In this document: piece by piece, positions 18,520 through 28,971 of the stretch
Position numbering within the stretch: position 1 is the first letter of the stretch
Layout: every line of letters begins with the position of its first letter
Assembly: GCA_965230925.1 (NCBI GenBank)
Contig: OZ246403.1
Span: forward strand, 68,360-132,359
Length of the DNA stretch: 64,000 bases
Direction of reading: 5' to 3'
From: an uncultured Candidatus Saccharibacteria bacterium
GTDB lineage: Bacteria; Patescibacteriota; Minisyncoccia; Phycocordibacterales; JACOZG01
Translations under genes and position numbers: made by a program
Notes under the pieces: model-generated
Seen by the model: only the letters and a program-made list of their open reading frames with translations
What the model was told of the DNA's origin: nothing
The model's database searches: none

Positions 18520-20493
18520 ATGGCCAAAGCCCTGACGATCGGGAACGGTACTATCCTCGTAAACCTCGACGAGCGGGGCCAGGTTCGTGACTTTTATTTT
18601 CCTCATGTAGGGCTGGAAAATCAAGTTGGAGGTTACTTTGCTCACCGCGTTGGGGTTTGGATCAACGGTGATTTCTCTTGGACGGCTGACGCTGATTGGA
18701 AAATGGAAGTGCACGGTGAGACTGATTATTTGGCCGGCAAAACGGTGGCGGAAAATCATCGGCTTAAGGTGCGCCTCGTTTTCCAAGATTTGGTCTACAA
18801 TGAAAAAAATATTTTTGTCCGAAAAGTTCTAGTTTCTAATTTAGCCAAAGAGAAACGAGAAATCCGCCTCTTTTTCCATCAACAATTCCAACCTTATGAA
18901 TCATATGCCGCCCACACCGCCTATTTTGATCCATTTTCGAAAACCCTAATCCACTATCGCAATCGCCGTGTTTTCCTGGCCAATGCCGAGCTCCACGGCA
19001 AACCTTTTGATCAATTTAGCACCGGCTTGAGTGGTCGTGAGGGGCGAGAAGGCACTTATCGCGACGCAGAAGACGGTGTTTTGAGTGGAAACCCTATTGA
19101 ACACGGACCAGTGGACTCGGTTTTGCGTCTTAGTGCCGAGTATGCGGCAGGGGAAGACAAGCTTGCCTATTACTGGCTCGCGGCCGGGAAAAATGTGGCG
19201 GAAGTGACGGCGCTCAATACTTACGTGATCGAGAATGGACCAGGGCACTTGTTCCAAACCACTCGTGACTTCTGGCGCGCTTGGGTATATCGGCAAAATT
19301 TTACCTTCGAGGGATTGCCGACCGAAGTGGTAAATCTTTTTAATCGATCACTCTTCATGATCCGCGCTCACGTTGACGCTGGTGGCGCCATTATTGCCTC
19401 GGCAGATTCCAACACCTTACAAAACGGCAAAGATACTTACTGCTACACCTGGATGCGCGACTCGAGCTTCGCCGCCTTGGCGCTCACCGGAGCAGGGAGT
19501 CACTCCGTCGCCAAACAATTTTTCACTTTTGCCAACGAGATTATTACGCCTGAAGGCTACTTTCTCCACAAGTACAGCGCGGATGGCTCACTCGGCAGTT
19601 CCTGGCATCCCTGGCTTAAGAACGGCGAGGCTCAACTGCCAATTCAAGAAGATTCAACGGCCCTGGTCATTTTCGCCCTTTGGCAATTTTATGATAAGTC
19701 AAAAGATCTGGAGTTTATTGAATCGATTTATAATTCGCTAATCAAAAAAGCCGCGGACTTTCTGGTGACTTACCGCGACGAACAAACCGGCTTGCCCAAA
19801 CCAAGCTATGATCTCTGGGAAGAAAAGTGGGGTACCTCAACCTTCACCGCCGCGGCCGTGTATGGTGGTCTTATGGCCGCGGCCAACTTTGCCAAAGTGC
19901 TAGGCAAGCTCAAAAGCGGAAATATTTATCATAAAGCTGCCCTTGAAGTCCGTGAAGGAATTCTAAAGTATTTATACGACGAGAAAACTGGTTACTTCCA
20001 CAAACTAATGCGTTTTAATGGTAAAGAATTATTACTTGATACCACGGTAGATATCTCGAGCGTGTATGGGATTTACCAATTCGGCGTCTTACCACCCAAT
20101 GATCAAAGAGTGATTCGCGCCCTAGGCGTGGCCGTGAAAAAGCTCGACACTAAGAATGGTCTGGCGCGCTATGACGGCGATAGTTATTGTCGCACCAATG
20201 ATAATTTGCCGGGTAATCCCTGGATTATCACTACCATGTGGCTCGCTGAACATCAGGTGGCCCTCGCCAGCTCGCAGAAAGAGTTAGAACCGGTGAAAAA
20301 GTGGCTTAGCTGGGCCGCCAAACACTCTTTCGCTTCCGGTATTCTCCCCGAGCAAATTAATCCTGACACTAGTGAACCAATATCTGTTGCGCCTCTAGTC
20401 TGGAGTCATGCGGAATTTGTCCGCGTCATCATTGCCTATCTCGACAAACTCGAGGAACTTGGGATTTGCAAAGCCTGTAACCCCGTGTATTAA
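18520..20493 (+). CDS. Glycoside hydrolase family 15 protein (glucoamylase/glucodextranase-like)
   Basis: IGNGTILVNLDERGQVRDFYFPHVG N-domain and a YDLWEE catalytic motif in the (alpha/alpha)6 domain. 657 aa. Confidence 0.8.
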   Translation: MAKALTIGNGTILVNLDERGQVRDFYFPHVGLENQVGGYFAHRVGVWINGDFSWTADADWKMEVHGETDYLAGKTVAENHRLKVRLVFQDLVYNEKNIFVRKVLVSNLAKEKREIRLFFHQQFQPYESYAAHTAYFDPFSKTLIHYRNRRVFLANAELHGKPFDQFSTGLSGREGREGTYRDAEDGVLSGNPIEHGPVDSVLRLSAEYAAGEDKLAYYWLAAGKNVAEVTALNTYVIENGPGHLFQTTRDFWRAWVYRQNFTFEGLPTEVVNLFNRSLFMIRAHVDAGGAIIASADSNTLQNGKDTYCYTWMRDSSFAALALTGAGSHSVAKQFFTFANEIITPEGYFLHKYSADGSLGSSWHPWLKNGEAQLPIQEDSTALVIFALWQFYDKSKDLEFIESIYNSLIKKAADFLVTYRDEQTGLPKPSYDLWEEKWGTSTFTAAAVYGGLMAAANFAKVLGKLKSGNIYHKAALEVREGILKYLYDEKTGYFHKLMRFNGKELLLDTTVDISSVYGIYQFGVLPPNDQRVIRALGVAVKKLDTKNGLARYDGDSYCRTNDNLPGNPWIITTMWLAEHQVALASSQKELEPVKKWLSWAAKHSFASGILPEQINPDTSEPISVAPLVWSHAEFVRVIIAYLDKLEELGICKACNPVY

Positions 20494-20499
20494 TAGGCC

Positions 20500-21636
20500 G
20501 TGCTAAATTTTAAAATTGAGAAAAAAGGCCTGCCTGCCGGTAGGCAGGGCCAGGGCCTTGCGCGTGCCGGCATAATCGAAACACCACACGGGGTAATAGA
20601 AACTCCAGCTTTTATTCCCGTCGCGACCAAGGCGACAGTGAAGTCGCTCACGCCCGAGATGGTTAATAATCTCGGCGCCCAAGCCGTGCTTGCGAACACT
20701 TATCATCTCTATTTAGAACCAGGCGATGAGCTGGTGAAGAAAGCTGGCGGCTTGGGAAAATTTATGAATTGGCAAAAACCGACCTTCACCGACTCGGGCG
20801 GCTTCCAGGTGTTCTCACTTGGGGCGAAGACCAATAAATTTGGCGAGATTAAGAGTGAAGATCGGGCACCACTCGCTAAAATTGATGATGACGGCGTGAC
20901 TTTCCGCTCACACTTGGATGGCAGTGAACATCGCTTTACGCCCGAGAAGTCGATTGAGATTCAATACAATATTGGGGCGGATATTATTTTTGCCTTCGAT
21001 GAATGTCCTCCTGGAGATTCTGATCATGTGTATCAAACTAAGGCGATGGAGAGAACGCATGCTTGGGCCAAACGATCACTCGTGAGGCACCAAGAACTTG
21101 GTGGGGAGCAAGCTTTGTTGGGAATTGTCCAAGGTGGACGCTTCGATGACCTCCGCGAAGAGAGTGCCAAGGTGATTGGTAAAATGGCTTTCGACGGTTT
21201 TGGCATCGGCGGCACCTTCGATAAACGCGACATCGAGCTAACGATTGCGAAAGTAAATCAAATTTTGCCAGAAGATAAACCGAGACACTTGCTCGGTATT
21301 GGCGAGCCAGAAGACTTTATCGCTGGCGCACTCGCTGGTTGCGACACCTTCGACTGCGTTCTTTCCACCCGCTTAGCGCGCCACGGCACTTTGCAAACTG
21401 CGTCTGGAAAACTTAATTTATTAAATGCCCAATATCGTGAAGATTTTTCACCCATCGAACACGGCTGTGCTTGTTACACTTGCCAACACCACACTCGCGC
21501 CTACTTAGCGCACCTTTTCCGGGCTCAAGAAATTTTGGCCGCCACCCTCGCTTCTATCCACAATCTCTATTTCTCAGTGAGTTTTGTAAAAAAGTTAAGG
21601 GAAAAGATATTAACAGGAAAACAGTTGACAGGATAG
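20500..21636 (+). CDS. tgt: Queuine tRNA-ribosyltransferase
   Basis: TPAFIPVATKATVK..DSGGFQVFSL, and C-terminal zinc site CACYTCQHHTRAYLAHL. Confidence 0.9.
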   Translation: MLNFKIEKKGLPAGRQGQGLARAGIIETPHGVIETPAFIPVATKATVKSLTPEMVNNLGAQAVLANTYHLYLEPGDELVKKAGGLGKFMNWQKPTFTDSGGFQVFSLGAKTNKFGEIKSEDRAPLAKIDDDGVTFRSHLDGSEHRFTPEKSIEIQYNIGADIIFAFDECPPGDSDHVYQTKAMERTHAWAKRSLVRHQELGGEQALLGIVQGGRFDDLREESAKVIGKMAFDGFGIGGTFDKRDIELTIAKVNQILPEDKPRHLLGIGEPEDFIAGALAGCDTFDCVLSTRLARHGTLQTASGKLNLLNAQYREDFSPIEHGCACYTCQHHTRAYLAHLFRAQEILAATLASIHNLYFSVSFVKKLREKILTGKQLTG

Positions 21637-21841
21637 TCTTGCTTGGTAGTATTAAATGGTCCAAGACAACTCCACGCCAGGAAGCGTCTCGGGACAAGTT
21701 CGGGAAGCCTGTCCGGTAGTTATCTCCGAAAACCAAACTCGCAACCACCTATAACGTCATGAAGTTTCTCAACGGCACACTGCCGGACAGGCAACCCATT
21801 TGATCTTTGGCTAGACCGTCCCTTGTGGACCACACTCTAAA

Positions 21842-21881
21842 AGACCCCACCTGTCTTCCAGGCTTCGGGGTCTAATTTTTT
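21842..21881 (+). terminator. Hairpin plus T-run that abuts the rsmE start codon
   Basis: agacccc at 21842-21848 pairs with ggggtct at 21867-21873, followed by aatttttt, then the ATG at 21882. Confidence 0.5.
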
Positions 21882-22568
21882 ATGAAAACCCATCGCTTTA
21901 TTGGCGACTTTAATTTTAAATCAACAGAAATTACTCTCACTGACGGTGAGCTTTTTAATCAACTCAAAAATGTATTACGTCTCACACCGGGAGAGAAAAT
22001 CTTGATTGGTAACGGCCAAGGCGAAGAAGCTGAAGCAGAAATTGAAGTTCTGGAGAAAGAGAAACTGGTTTTAAAAATTAACCAAGTCAAGCCAATCAAT
22101 ACCGAACCAGCGCGGAAGGTTAAACTCTATTGCGCTATCCTTAAAAAAGAGAACTTCGAGCTCGCGGTGCAGAAGGCGACCGAGATCGGCGTTAGTGAGA
22201 TTACGCCGGTAATTACCGAACGAACCGTAAAAACTGGTTTGAACTTTGAACGTTTGCAGAAAATTATTAAGGAAGCTGCGGAACAGGCCGGTCGGGGAAT
22301 CTTACCAATCTTAAAAGAAACACTAGATTTCGAAAAAGCTTTGCAAACAGAAACTAGTCCAAAAATCCTCTTTCATCCTTCTGACCATCAGATGGCCCCA
22401 GTTTCTGGTGACCAAATTGCCGTTTTCATTGGCCCCGAGGGCGGTTTTACGGAAAATGAAGTTGCTTTTGCCAAAGAACACGGCGCCCAAATCGCCACCT
22501 TCGGCCCCCTCATCTTCCGCGCCGAAACAGCAGCGATTATTGCGAGTTATCTGGCGGCAAGAGTTTAG
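21882..22568 (+). CDS. rsmE: 16S rRNA (uracil1498-N3)-methyltransferase RsmE-like
   Basis: MKTHRFIGDF start and a C-terminal SPOUT motif (FIGPEGGFTENE...AETAAI). Confidence 0.8.
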   Translation: MKTHRFIGDFNFKSTEITLTDGELFNQLKNVLRLTPGEKILIGNGQGEEAEAEIEVLEKEKLVLKINQVKPINTEPARKVKLYCAILKKENFELAVQKATEIGVSEITPVITERTVKTGLNFERLQKIIKEAAEQAGRGILPILKETLDFEKALQTETSPKILFHPSDHQMAPVSGDQIAVFIGPEGGFTENEVAFAKEHGAQIATFGPLIFRAETAAIIASYLAARV

Positions 22569-22824
22569 ATATCCACAGCCCTCTTGACTCGTTTCCACGA
22601 AGGAATATCCTTTTAAGTGGCAATAGCACATAAGATATTCGGAACCACGGCGTCACAGCTGGGGTGGGGCGAGTTACCGACGAACAGCGGGCAGCGGCGC
22701 ATAAGGGGCGTAGCAACTCGCCTCACCCCCGGATTGGTTTCTGGATATTTTTTAATACGAGGACCTGGTCATCTTTGACCCGGTCCTTCTTCTTTTATTT
22801 AGCAAAATGTAGTACTTTTAGCGG

Positions 22825-24855
22825 GTGCCAAACTTTAAATTAAAATCGGAGTTTAAGCCGGCGGGGGATCAGCCGCAGGCGATTGAGAAATTGGTGAGTG
22901 GGCTCAAGAAGGGACTGCGTCATCAAACTTTGCTTGGCGTGACGGGGTCGGGAAAAACTTTTACGGCAGCCAATGTGATTGCTGCGATAGATAAACCAAC
23001 CCTGGTGATTGCCCACAATAAGACGCTGGCCGCCCAGCTCGCGCAGGAGTATCGTGACTTTTTCCCTGACGCCGCGGTGCATTACTTCGTTTCTTATTAC
23101 GACTTCTATCAACCGGAGGCCTATTTGCCGACCACCGACACCTACATCGAGAAAGACGCGAGTATTAATGAAGAAATTGATCGCCTACGTCACGCTTCGA
23201 CCCAAGCTTTACTGACGAGAAAAGATGTAATTATCGTTGCTTCGGTCTCGTGTATCTACGGCCTCGGCAGTCCCGCCGAATATCAAGAAGAGAATTTACG
23301 TTTGCGCCGCGGTGATAAATTAAGTCGCACCGACCTGCTCAAGAAATTGGTGAAAATTCATTATGAGCGGACCACGGCGGATCTTGCGCCGGGCACCTTC
23401 CGCGCGCTGGGCAACAGAGTGGAAGTTATGCCGCCGGGCGAAGAAATGGTTTATCTATTTACTTTTAGCCCGAGCGAAATCGAAGAAATTACGAAGTTAG
23501 ATCCAATAACGCGTGAACTTAAGGGCGATGTGATCGAGACTTGGCTCTTCCCTGCTAAGCACTTTATCACCAGTGTCGCGGCGCGGAATCGAGCGATTAA
23601 GGCGATTAAAGAAGAGTTGGCCGAACGCCTAAAATATTTCGAAGATAATAAAATGCCGCTTGAAGCCGAGCGAATCAAGCGTCGCACCAATTACGATCTC
23701 GCGATGATTAAAGAAATTGGTTATTGCTCGGGGATTGAGAATTACTCGCGTCACTTGGCGGGGCGTGAGGCGGGCTCGGCACCAGACACTTTGATCTCTT
23801 ACTTTCCCAAGGATTTCCTGACCATTATTGACGAGTCACATGTGACGATTCCGCAAATTGGCGGCATGTACGCCGGTGATCAGAGTCGCAAACAAACTTT
23901 GATCGAATACGGTTTTCGTCTACCAAGCGCGCGAGACAACAGACCGCTGAAGTTCGATGAATTTGAGAAGCGTGTGGGGCAAACTATTTATACTTCGGCG
24001 ACGCCAAGTAATTATGAACGAGAAAACTCACAGCAAACTGTTGAGCAAATTATCCGACCAACTGGCCTGGTGGATCCTGAGCTCTCGATTCGACCAGTGA
24101 CGGCTAAGAGTAATTACCCCGGCCAAGTTCAGAACTTTATTGCTGAAGCGATTGCGACAATTAAGAAAGGTGACCGCGTGATTGCGACCACCTTGACCAA
24201 GAAGATGGCGGAGGATCTCGCGACCTATCTCAAAGAAAAGGGGATTAAAGCGGAATATTTGCATAGCGAAATTAAGACATTGGAGCGGATTAAGATTCTC
24301 ACCGCCTTCCGCCAAGGCGCGGCCAAGGGTGGATTTGATTGTATTGTTGGCGTGAACTTGCTCCGCGAAGGTCTCGACTTACCCGAAGTGTCATTGATCG
24401 GAATTTTGGACGCCGACAAAGAAGGCTTCTTGCGCTCGGAGGTGTCGCTTATTCAAACCATTGGTCGCGCGGCGCGCAATGCCGAAGGTCGGGTAATTCT
24501 CTACGCTGACTCGGTGACCGGCTCCATGGACGCGGCGATCAGAGAGACAAATCGTCGGCGAGAAATTCAGCTCGCGTACAATAAAAAACACGGGATTACA
24601 CCAAAAACGATTATCAAAAATATTAAAGATATTACGGCCACCCTCGAGAGCGAGCGCAGTAAAGCAGTGAAAAACTTGGCGGCGCTGGATCGCCAAATGT
24701 ACGGCAAAAATCTAAAGAAAGCGATCAAAGAGAAAGAAAAACAAATGGCCGCCGCCGTCCGTGACCTCGACTTCGAAACCGCGGCGCTGATTCGAGATGA
24801 AATTAAAGAACTTCTGGGTGAGAAATCAGTTAATAAAAACAAAAAAGACCGGTGA
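22825..24855 (+). CDS. uvrB: Excinuclease ABC subunit B
   Basis: GDQPQAI..LLGVTGSGKTFT, helicase motifs, and a C-terminal UVR domain. Confidence 0.95.
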   Translation: MPNFKLKSEFKPAGDQPQAIEKLVSGLKKGLRHQTLLGVTGSGKTFTAANVIAAIDKPTLVIAHNKTLAAQLAQEYRDFFPDAAVHYFVSYYDFYQPEAYLPTTDTYIEKDASINEEIDRLRHASTQALLTRKDVIIVASVSCIYGLGSPAEYQEENLRLRRGDKLSRTDLLKKLVKIHYERTTADLAPGTFRALGNRVEVMPPGEEMVYLFTFSPSEIEEITKLDPITRELKGDVIETWLFPAKHFITSVAARNRAIKAIKEELAERLKYFEDNKMPLEAERIKRRTNYDLAMIKEIGYCSGIENYSRHLAGREAGSAPDTLISYFPKDFLTIIDESHVTIPQIGGMYAGDQSRKQTLIEYGFRLPSARDNRPLKFDEFEKRVGQTIYTSATPSNYERENSQQTVEQIIRPTGLVDPELSIRPVTAKSNYPGQVQNFIAEAIATIKKGDRVIATTLTKKMAEDLATYLKEKGIKAEYLHSEIKTLERIKILTAFRQGAAKGGFDCIVGVNLLREGLDLPEVSLIGILDADKEGFLRSEVSLIQTIGRAARNAEGRVILYADSVTGSMDAAIRETNRRREIQLAYNKKHGITPKTIIKNIKDITATLESERSKAVKNLAALDRQMYGKNLKKAIKEKEKQMAAAVRDLDFETAALIRDEIKELLGEKSVNKNKKDR

Positions 24856-24895
24856 GTGCGCGAGGCACTCACCGGCTGGAGGCTTGGTTTTGCTC

Positions 24896-25249
24896 TTATT
24901 TATCCGTTAGGATTACGTGCGCTTTGTAAGTCACCGTTCTCGTCCCGTCGGGTGATTTTTTGCTCTCGGTGTAGAGAAGAACGGTGTCATGATTCTTTAG
25001 ACCATATTCTTCTCCAAACTGAGCGAGCACTTGTTTTCCTGCAGGAGGATCCAAAAGGGCAACTTGGGCCTCGCAGATCCTTTTCCCGCTCCAACCAGAA
25101 CATGACGGTTCTTCAATCAAACGCGCTCTTTCCCCGCCGAACAAGGGTTCCCTGATAAACTCATCTACCCCAATCCGCGCAAGGTGGAATGCCACGGCCA
25201 AAAACATGACGATCAGCATTCCCACAATAACTTTAAGACTACGAGGCAC
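24896..25249 (-). CDS. Hypothetical membrane-anchored protein
   Basis: N-terminal TM segment (VIVGMLIVMFLAVAF). 117 aa. Confidence 0.4.
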   Translation of the reverse strand: MPRSLKVIVGMLIVMFLAVAFHLARIGVDEFIREPLFGGERARLIEEPSCSGWSGKRICEAQVALLDPPAGKQVLAQFGEEYGLKNHDTVLLYTESKKSPDGTRTVTYKAHVILTDK

Positions 25250-25421
25250 GACTCACCTCCCTTTCTTTATGTGAAGAACGCCTCCAAATATAAAAGTAGC
25301 GCCGCTAACTTTGGTTGTCAATGAAAACACTCGCCGCAAGGGACGAGTGTTTCGAACGATCGCAAGAAGGCCATATCTTTAATTTGTCAACCGTCCAAAA
25401 TTCTGTTAGAATTGCCCGACT

Positions 25422-28028
25422 ATGGATCGATCTGGCGCTGACAAAATTATAATTAAAGGGGCTAAAACTCATAACCTCAAGAATATCTCGCTCGAATTGC
25501 CGCGGGGGAAAATGATTGTGTTTACGGGACTCTCGGGTTCGGGCAAGAGCTCGCTCGCCTTTGACACGATTTTTGCCGAGGGTCAGCGACGTTATGTCGA
25601 ATCACTCTCGGCGTATGCGCGGCAGTTTTTGCGCCAAATGCAGAAGCCGGACGTGGAAGAAATTTCTGGTCTCTCGCCCGCGATCTCGATTGATCAAAAG
25701 TCGCGCTCCAATAATCCACGTTCGACGGTGGCAACGATTACCGAGATTTATGATTACTTGCGTGTGCTGTACGCGCGCGTGGGCAAGCCGCATTGTCTTG
25801 AGTGCAACCGGCCAATCGAGAAAATGTCGCACGGCGAAATTATTACACTGATTAATAAACGAGTTAGCGAAGTTAAAGTAAAAAACAGTAAGGTGATGAT
25901 TCTCGCGCCGCTCGTTCGTGGCCGGAAAGGGGAATATTATCAGCTCTTGTACGATCTTCTGGAGAAAGGTTATCGGGAAGTTTTTGTAGACGGTGAACGG
26001 AAAAAGTTGCGCGAGCAAATTGTACTCGAGAAGCAGAAGAAACACAGCATCGATGTTCTCGTGGATGAAATTGAAATTGGCGCTTTGGTGCCGAAGCTGG
26101 AGACCAAGAAAGGAACGATTTTAAGCAAAAGCGTGCTCGCTGCAATGACGCAATCGGCCCGGGAACGGCTGAGTGAGGCCGTGGAGAGGGCGCTAAACGA
26201 GAGCGATGGCCTGGTGCGCATTGTCCTTGCTGATGAGCCGCTCGGTGATGCGCAGATCGTGTCTTCCAAATTTTCTTGTCCGTACGATGGTTTTTCTTAC
26301 CCGGAAATTGAGCCGAGATTATTTTCTTTTAACTCACCTTATGGCGCTTGCCCGGCTTGCCATGGTTTGGGCACCAAGCACTTTTTCGGTAGTGATAATT
26401 GTGAGACTTGCCATGGCGCGCGCTTGCGACCCGAGGCGCTAGGAGTAAAAATTGGCGGTAAAAATATTACCGAACTCACGTCGAGCTCGATTGCTATTGC
26501 CGACAACTTCTTCGATAGCGTGAAGTTCTCGCCGAAAGAGAAACAAATCGCCGCCGCGGTGTTTAAAGAAATTACTGATCGTCTCAAGTTCTTGCTCAAT
26601 GTGGGTCTCGACTATCTCACGCTCGATCGCCGTGCCCACACGCTCTCGGGTGGTGAGTCGCAACGCATTCGCCTGGCGTCGCAACTCGGCTCCAAGCTCG
26701 TCGGCGCGCTCTATGTGCTCGATGAACCGACGATTGGTCTGCACTCCTTCGACAATGATCGATTGATTAAAACCCTCGAAGAATTGCGTGATCTTGGCAA
26801 TACAATTATTGTGGTGGAGCACGATGAGGACACGATTTTTGCTTCTGATTATCTCGTCGATATTGGTCCCGGTGCTGGTGTGCACGGTGGACACGTGGTG
26901 GTGACGGGCGAGACGGATAAACTGATTACTGGAAAAACACCGAAAGAGGGCGAGTCTCTCACACTTGATTATTTGCGCGGTGATAAAAAGATTCCGGTGC
27001 CGGATGATCGGCGAGAAAGTGAAAAAGGTTCGCTGAAAATCCGTGGGGGCAATATTTTCAATATCAAAAACTTAAACCTTGATGTACCGCTCGGGCGTTT
27101 GGTGGCTGTGACGGGCGTGTCTGGCTCGGGCAAGAGTACTTTTGTGTACGAAATTATTTATAAAAACTTGCAGGCGCGCTTCGATCGCAAATATCGCTCG
27201 GCGAAAATTTATAATTGCAAAGAATTCACCGGCACGGAGTATATTCATCGCGAAGTGCTCATTGATCAATCGGCAATTGGTCGCACTCCGCGCTCTAACC
27301 CGGCCACGTATACCGGCGCTTTTTCTCATATTCGCGACCTCTTTGCCGCTACGGAGATGGCGAGAACGCGCGGGTGGAAGTCAGGGCGATTTTCCTTCAA
27401 CGTCGCGGGTGGACGCTGCGAAGCTTGCCAAGGCAATGGTATGGTGGGCGTGGAAATGCAATTTCTCCCGACCGTTTTCGTAGAGTGCGAAGTATGTCGT
27501 GGCAAGCGTTTTACCAAAGAGACGCTCGAGGTGAAATATAAGAAGAAAAATATTAATGAAGTCTTGCATCTCACGGTAGAAGAAGCCCTAAACTTTTTCG
27601 GCGATATTCCGGCGATTGCGGATCGTTTGCGAACCCTGAACGAAGTGGGCTTAGGCTATCTCGAGCTTGGTCAAAGCGCCACAACGCTCTCGGGCGGTGA
27701 GGCGCAGAGAGTGAAGATTTCATCGGAACTTTATCGGCCGTTTACCGAGCGGACGATGTATATTCTTGATGAACCCACAGTTGGTCTCCATTTCGAAGAC
27801 GTCAATAATCTCATTCAAATTTTGCAAAAATTAGTTCAGAAGGGGAATTCGGTCTTGGTAATTGAGCACAACTTAGAGCTTATTAAATGCGCCGATTATC
27901 TCATCGATATGGGACCCGAAGGCGGCACCGGCGGCGGGCAAATTGTAGCGACTGGTACGCCAGAGCAAGTGGCTAAGCACCCCAAATCTCACACGGCCAA
28001 GTATCTTAAAAAGATTTTAGAGAAATAA
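25422..28028 (+). CDS. uvrA: Excinuclease ABC subunit A (compact, 868 aa)
   Basis: Two ABC ATPase modules ([14 protein letters not shown]...; [11 protein letters not shown]) and zinc-finger Cys clusters. Confidence 0.95.
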   Translation: MDRSGADKIIIKGAKTHNLKNISLELPRGKMIVFTGLSGSGKSSLAFDTIFAEGQRRYVESLSAYARQFLRQMQKPDVEEISGLSPAISIDQKSRSNNPRSTVATITEIYDYLRVLYARVGKPHCLECNRPIEKMSHGEIITLINKRVSEVKVKNSKVMILAPLVRGRKGEYYQLLYDLLEKGYREVFVDGERKKLREQIVLEKQKKHSIDVLVDEIEIGALVPKLETKKGTILSKSVLAAMTQSARERLSEAVERALNESDGLVRIVLADEPLGDAQIVSSKFSCPYDGFSYPEIEPRLFSFNSPYGACPACHGLGTKHFFGSDNCETCHGARLRPEALGVKIGGKNITELTSSSIAIADNFFDSVKFSPKEKQIAAAVFKEITDRLKFLLNVGLDYLTLDRRAHTLSGGESQRIRLASQLGSKLVGALYVLDEPTIGLHSFDNDRLIKTLEELRDLGNTIIVVEHDEDTIFASDYLVDIGPGAGVHGGHVVVTGETDKLITGKTPKEGESLTLDYLRGDKKIPVPDDRRESEKGSLKIRGGNIFNIKNLNLDVPLGRLVAVTGVSGSGKSTFVYEIIYKNLQARFDRKYRSAKIYNCKEFTGTEYIHREVLIDQSAIGRTPRSNPATYTGAFSHIRDLFAATEMARTRGWKSGRFSFNVAGGRCEACQGNGMVGVEMQFLPTVFVECEVCRGKRFTKETLEVKYKKKNINEVLHLTVEEALNFFGDIPAIADRLRTLNEVGLGYLELGQSATTLSGGEAQRVKISSELYRPFTERTMYILDEPTVGLHFEDVNNLIQILQKLVQKGNSVLVIEHNLELIKCADYLIDMGPEGGTGGGQIVATGTPEQVAKHPKSHTAKYLKKILEK

Positions 28029-28101
28029 AAGCGCCCCGCCCAACCTGGTGGCTGGAACGGGGGCTTGTGGAAACGCGCGATTGGGCGATCGCAGGAGCAG
28101 A

Positions 28102-28434
28102 TTAGGCAGCTATCTCATCAGTTTTACTTTCTTGCGAGGTGGCGATTATTAACGCTCTTTCGAGTTCATCACGACGTTGTTCGGCCCTAGTTCTTAGTGT
28201 GTGAATTGCTCGAATTGTCGTGATCTGATTGGGCCGCGGTCGTCCCATCAATTCGCACAGCCAGCGAAAGCATTCGTAACCGACGTCGGTTAGAACTCTC
28301 TCTGGTATGAAACCTTTTGGACGACCCATCTCAAAAACAAAAAGTTGCCCCGACTTCTCCAAGCCGTGAAGATTACTGACCGCTTGCTTAAGTTGGCCAA
28401 TCTTCACCTGCTGTTCACAAACAAGGTTCATCAT
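28102..28434 (-). CDS. Hypothetical protein of about 110 aa
   Basis: Internal start MMNLV with AGGGAG 9 nt upstream. The longer 179-aa ORF reading has a low-complexity N-terminus and would span a GC hairpin. Confidence 0.4.
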   Translation of the reverse strand: MMNLVCEQQVKIGQLKQAVSNLHGLEKSGQLFVFEMGRPKGFIPERVLTDVGYECFRWLCELMGRPRPNQITTIRAIHTLRTRAEQRRDELERALIIATSQESKTDEIAA

Positions 28435-28439
28435 CAAAA

Positions 28440-28970
28440 AAACTCCCTCTCTCACTACGGAATCTCCTCCCTGGGGTACAACACCCGGCAAACCATTACC
28501 GGGAAAATTTGATCTGCGGCCAGCATAACACCTCTTATCCTTAGTTGTCAAATAGGAAAGGCCTCGTACGAAACGAGGCCTTATTGGACCGGTCCGCGCG
28601 ATGGACGATCCCCAGAAGGTTATCGTGATAAGAGAGAACACCGGTAAGAAACAGCGTGCTTAAGCAACCTGTTTAGTTGGAACGGGGTAGCTCGCGCACC
28701 GAGCTCTTTGTATCCAGTTGTGTGGATGAGACTCGACACCACCGAAACTGCTGTTGAAGTCAACTCTGTCTTGCGATGCCTCCTGGCTTTCCTTCTCGCC
28801 AAGCGCTCACCCCCGACGAAGACTTCGTCGGCCCCCCTCAGTTCTCTAACCCTCTGGGCGCTTTGATAAACCCTGGTTTCCTCCCTGTTCATTGCGATCC
28901 TCCCTGTTTGTGCTATTTGCCAGCAAATCGTTGCCAGCGTCCGGCGAATACTATAGACTAGGGACAAGGT
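28440..28970. other. Roughly 530-bp GC-rich noncoding interval with several stable hairpins; possible ncRNA or leader region
   Basis: No credible ORF. Hairpin at 28561-28584 (gcctcgt acgaaa acgaggc), palindrome ccgacgaagacttcgtcgg at 28813-28831, and a C/T-rich tract at 28868-28900. Confidence 0.3.
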
Positions 28971-28971
28971 T

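Noticed and set aside
28553-28660. Possible RNase P RNA: AGGAAAGGCC followed 25 nt later by ACGAAACGAGGCCUUAUUGG, resembling the two P4 strands.
   Set aside because: The two P4-like strands are only about 25 nt apart and form a simple local hairpin. Real RNase P needs more than 250 nt between them, with P5-P18 elements in that gap; none is present.
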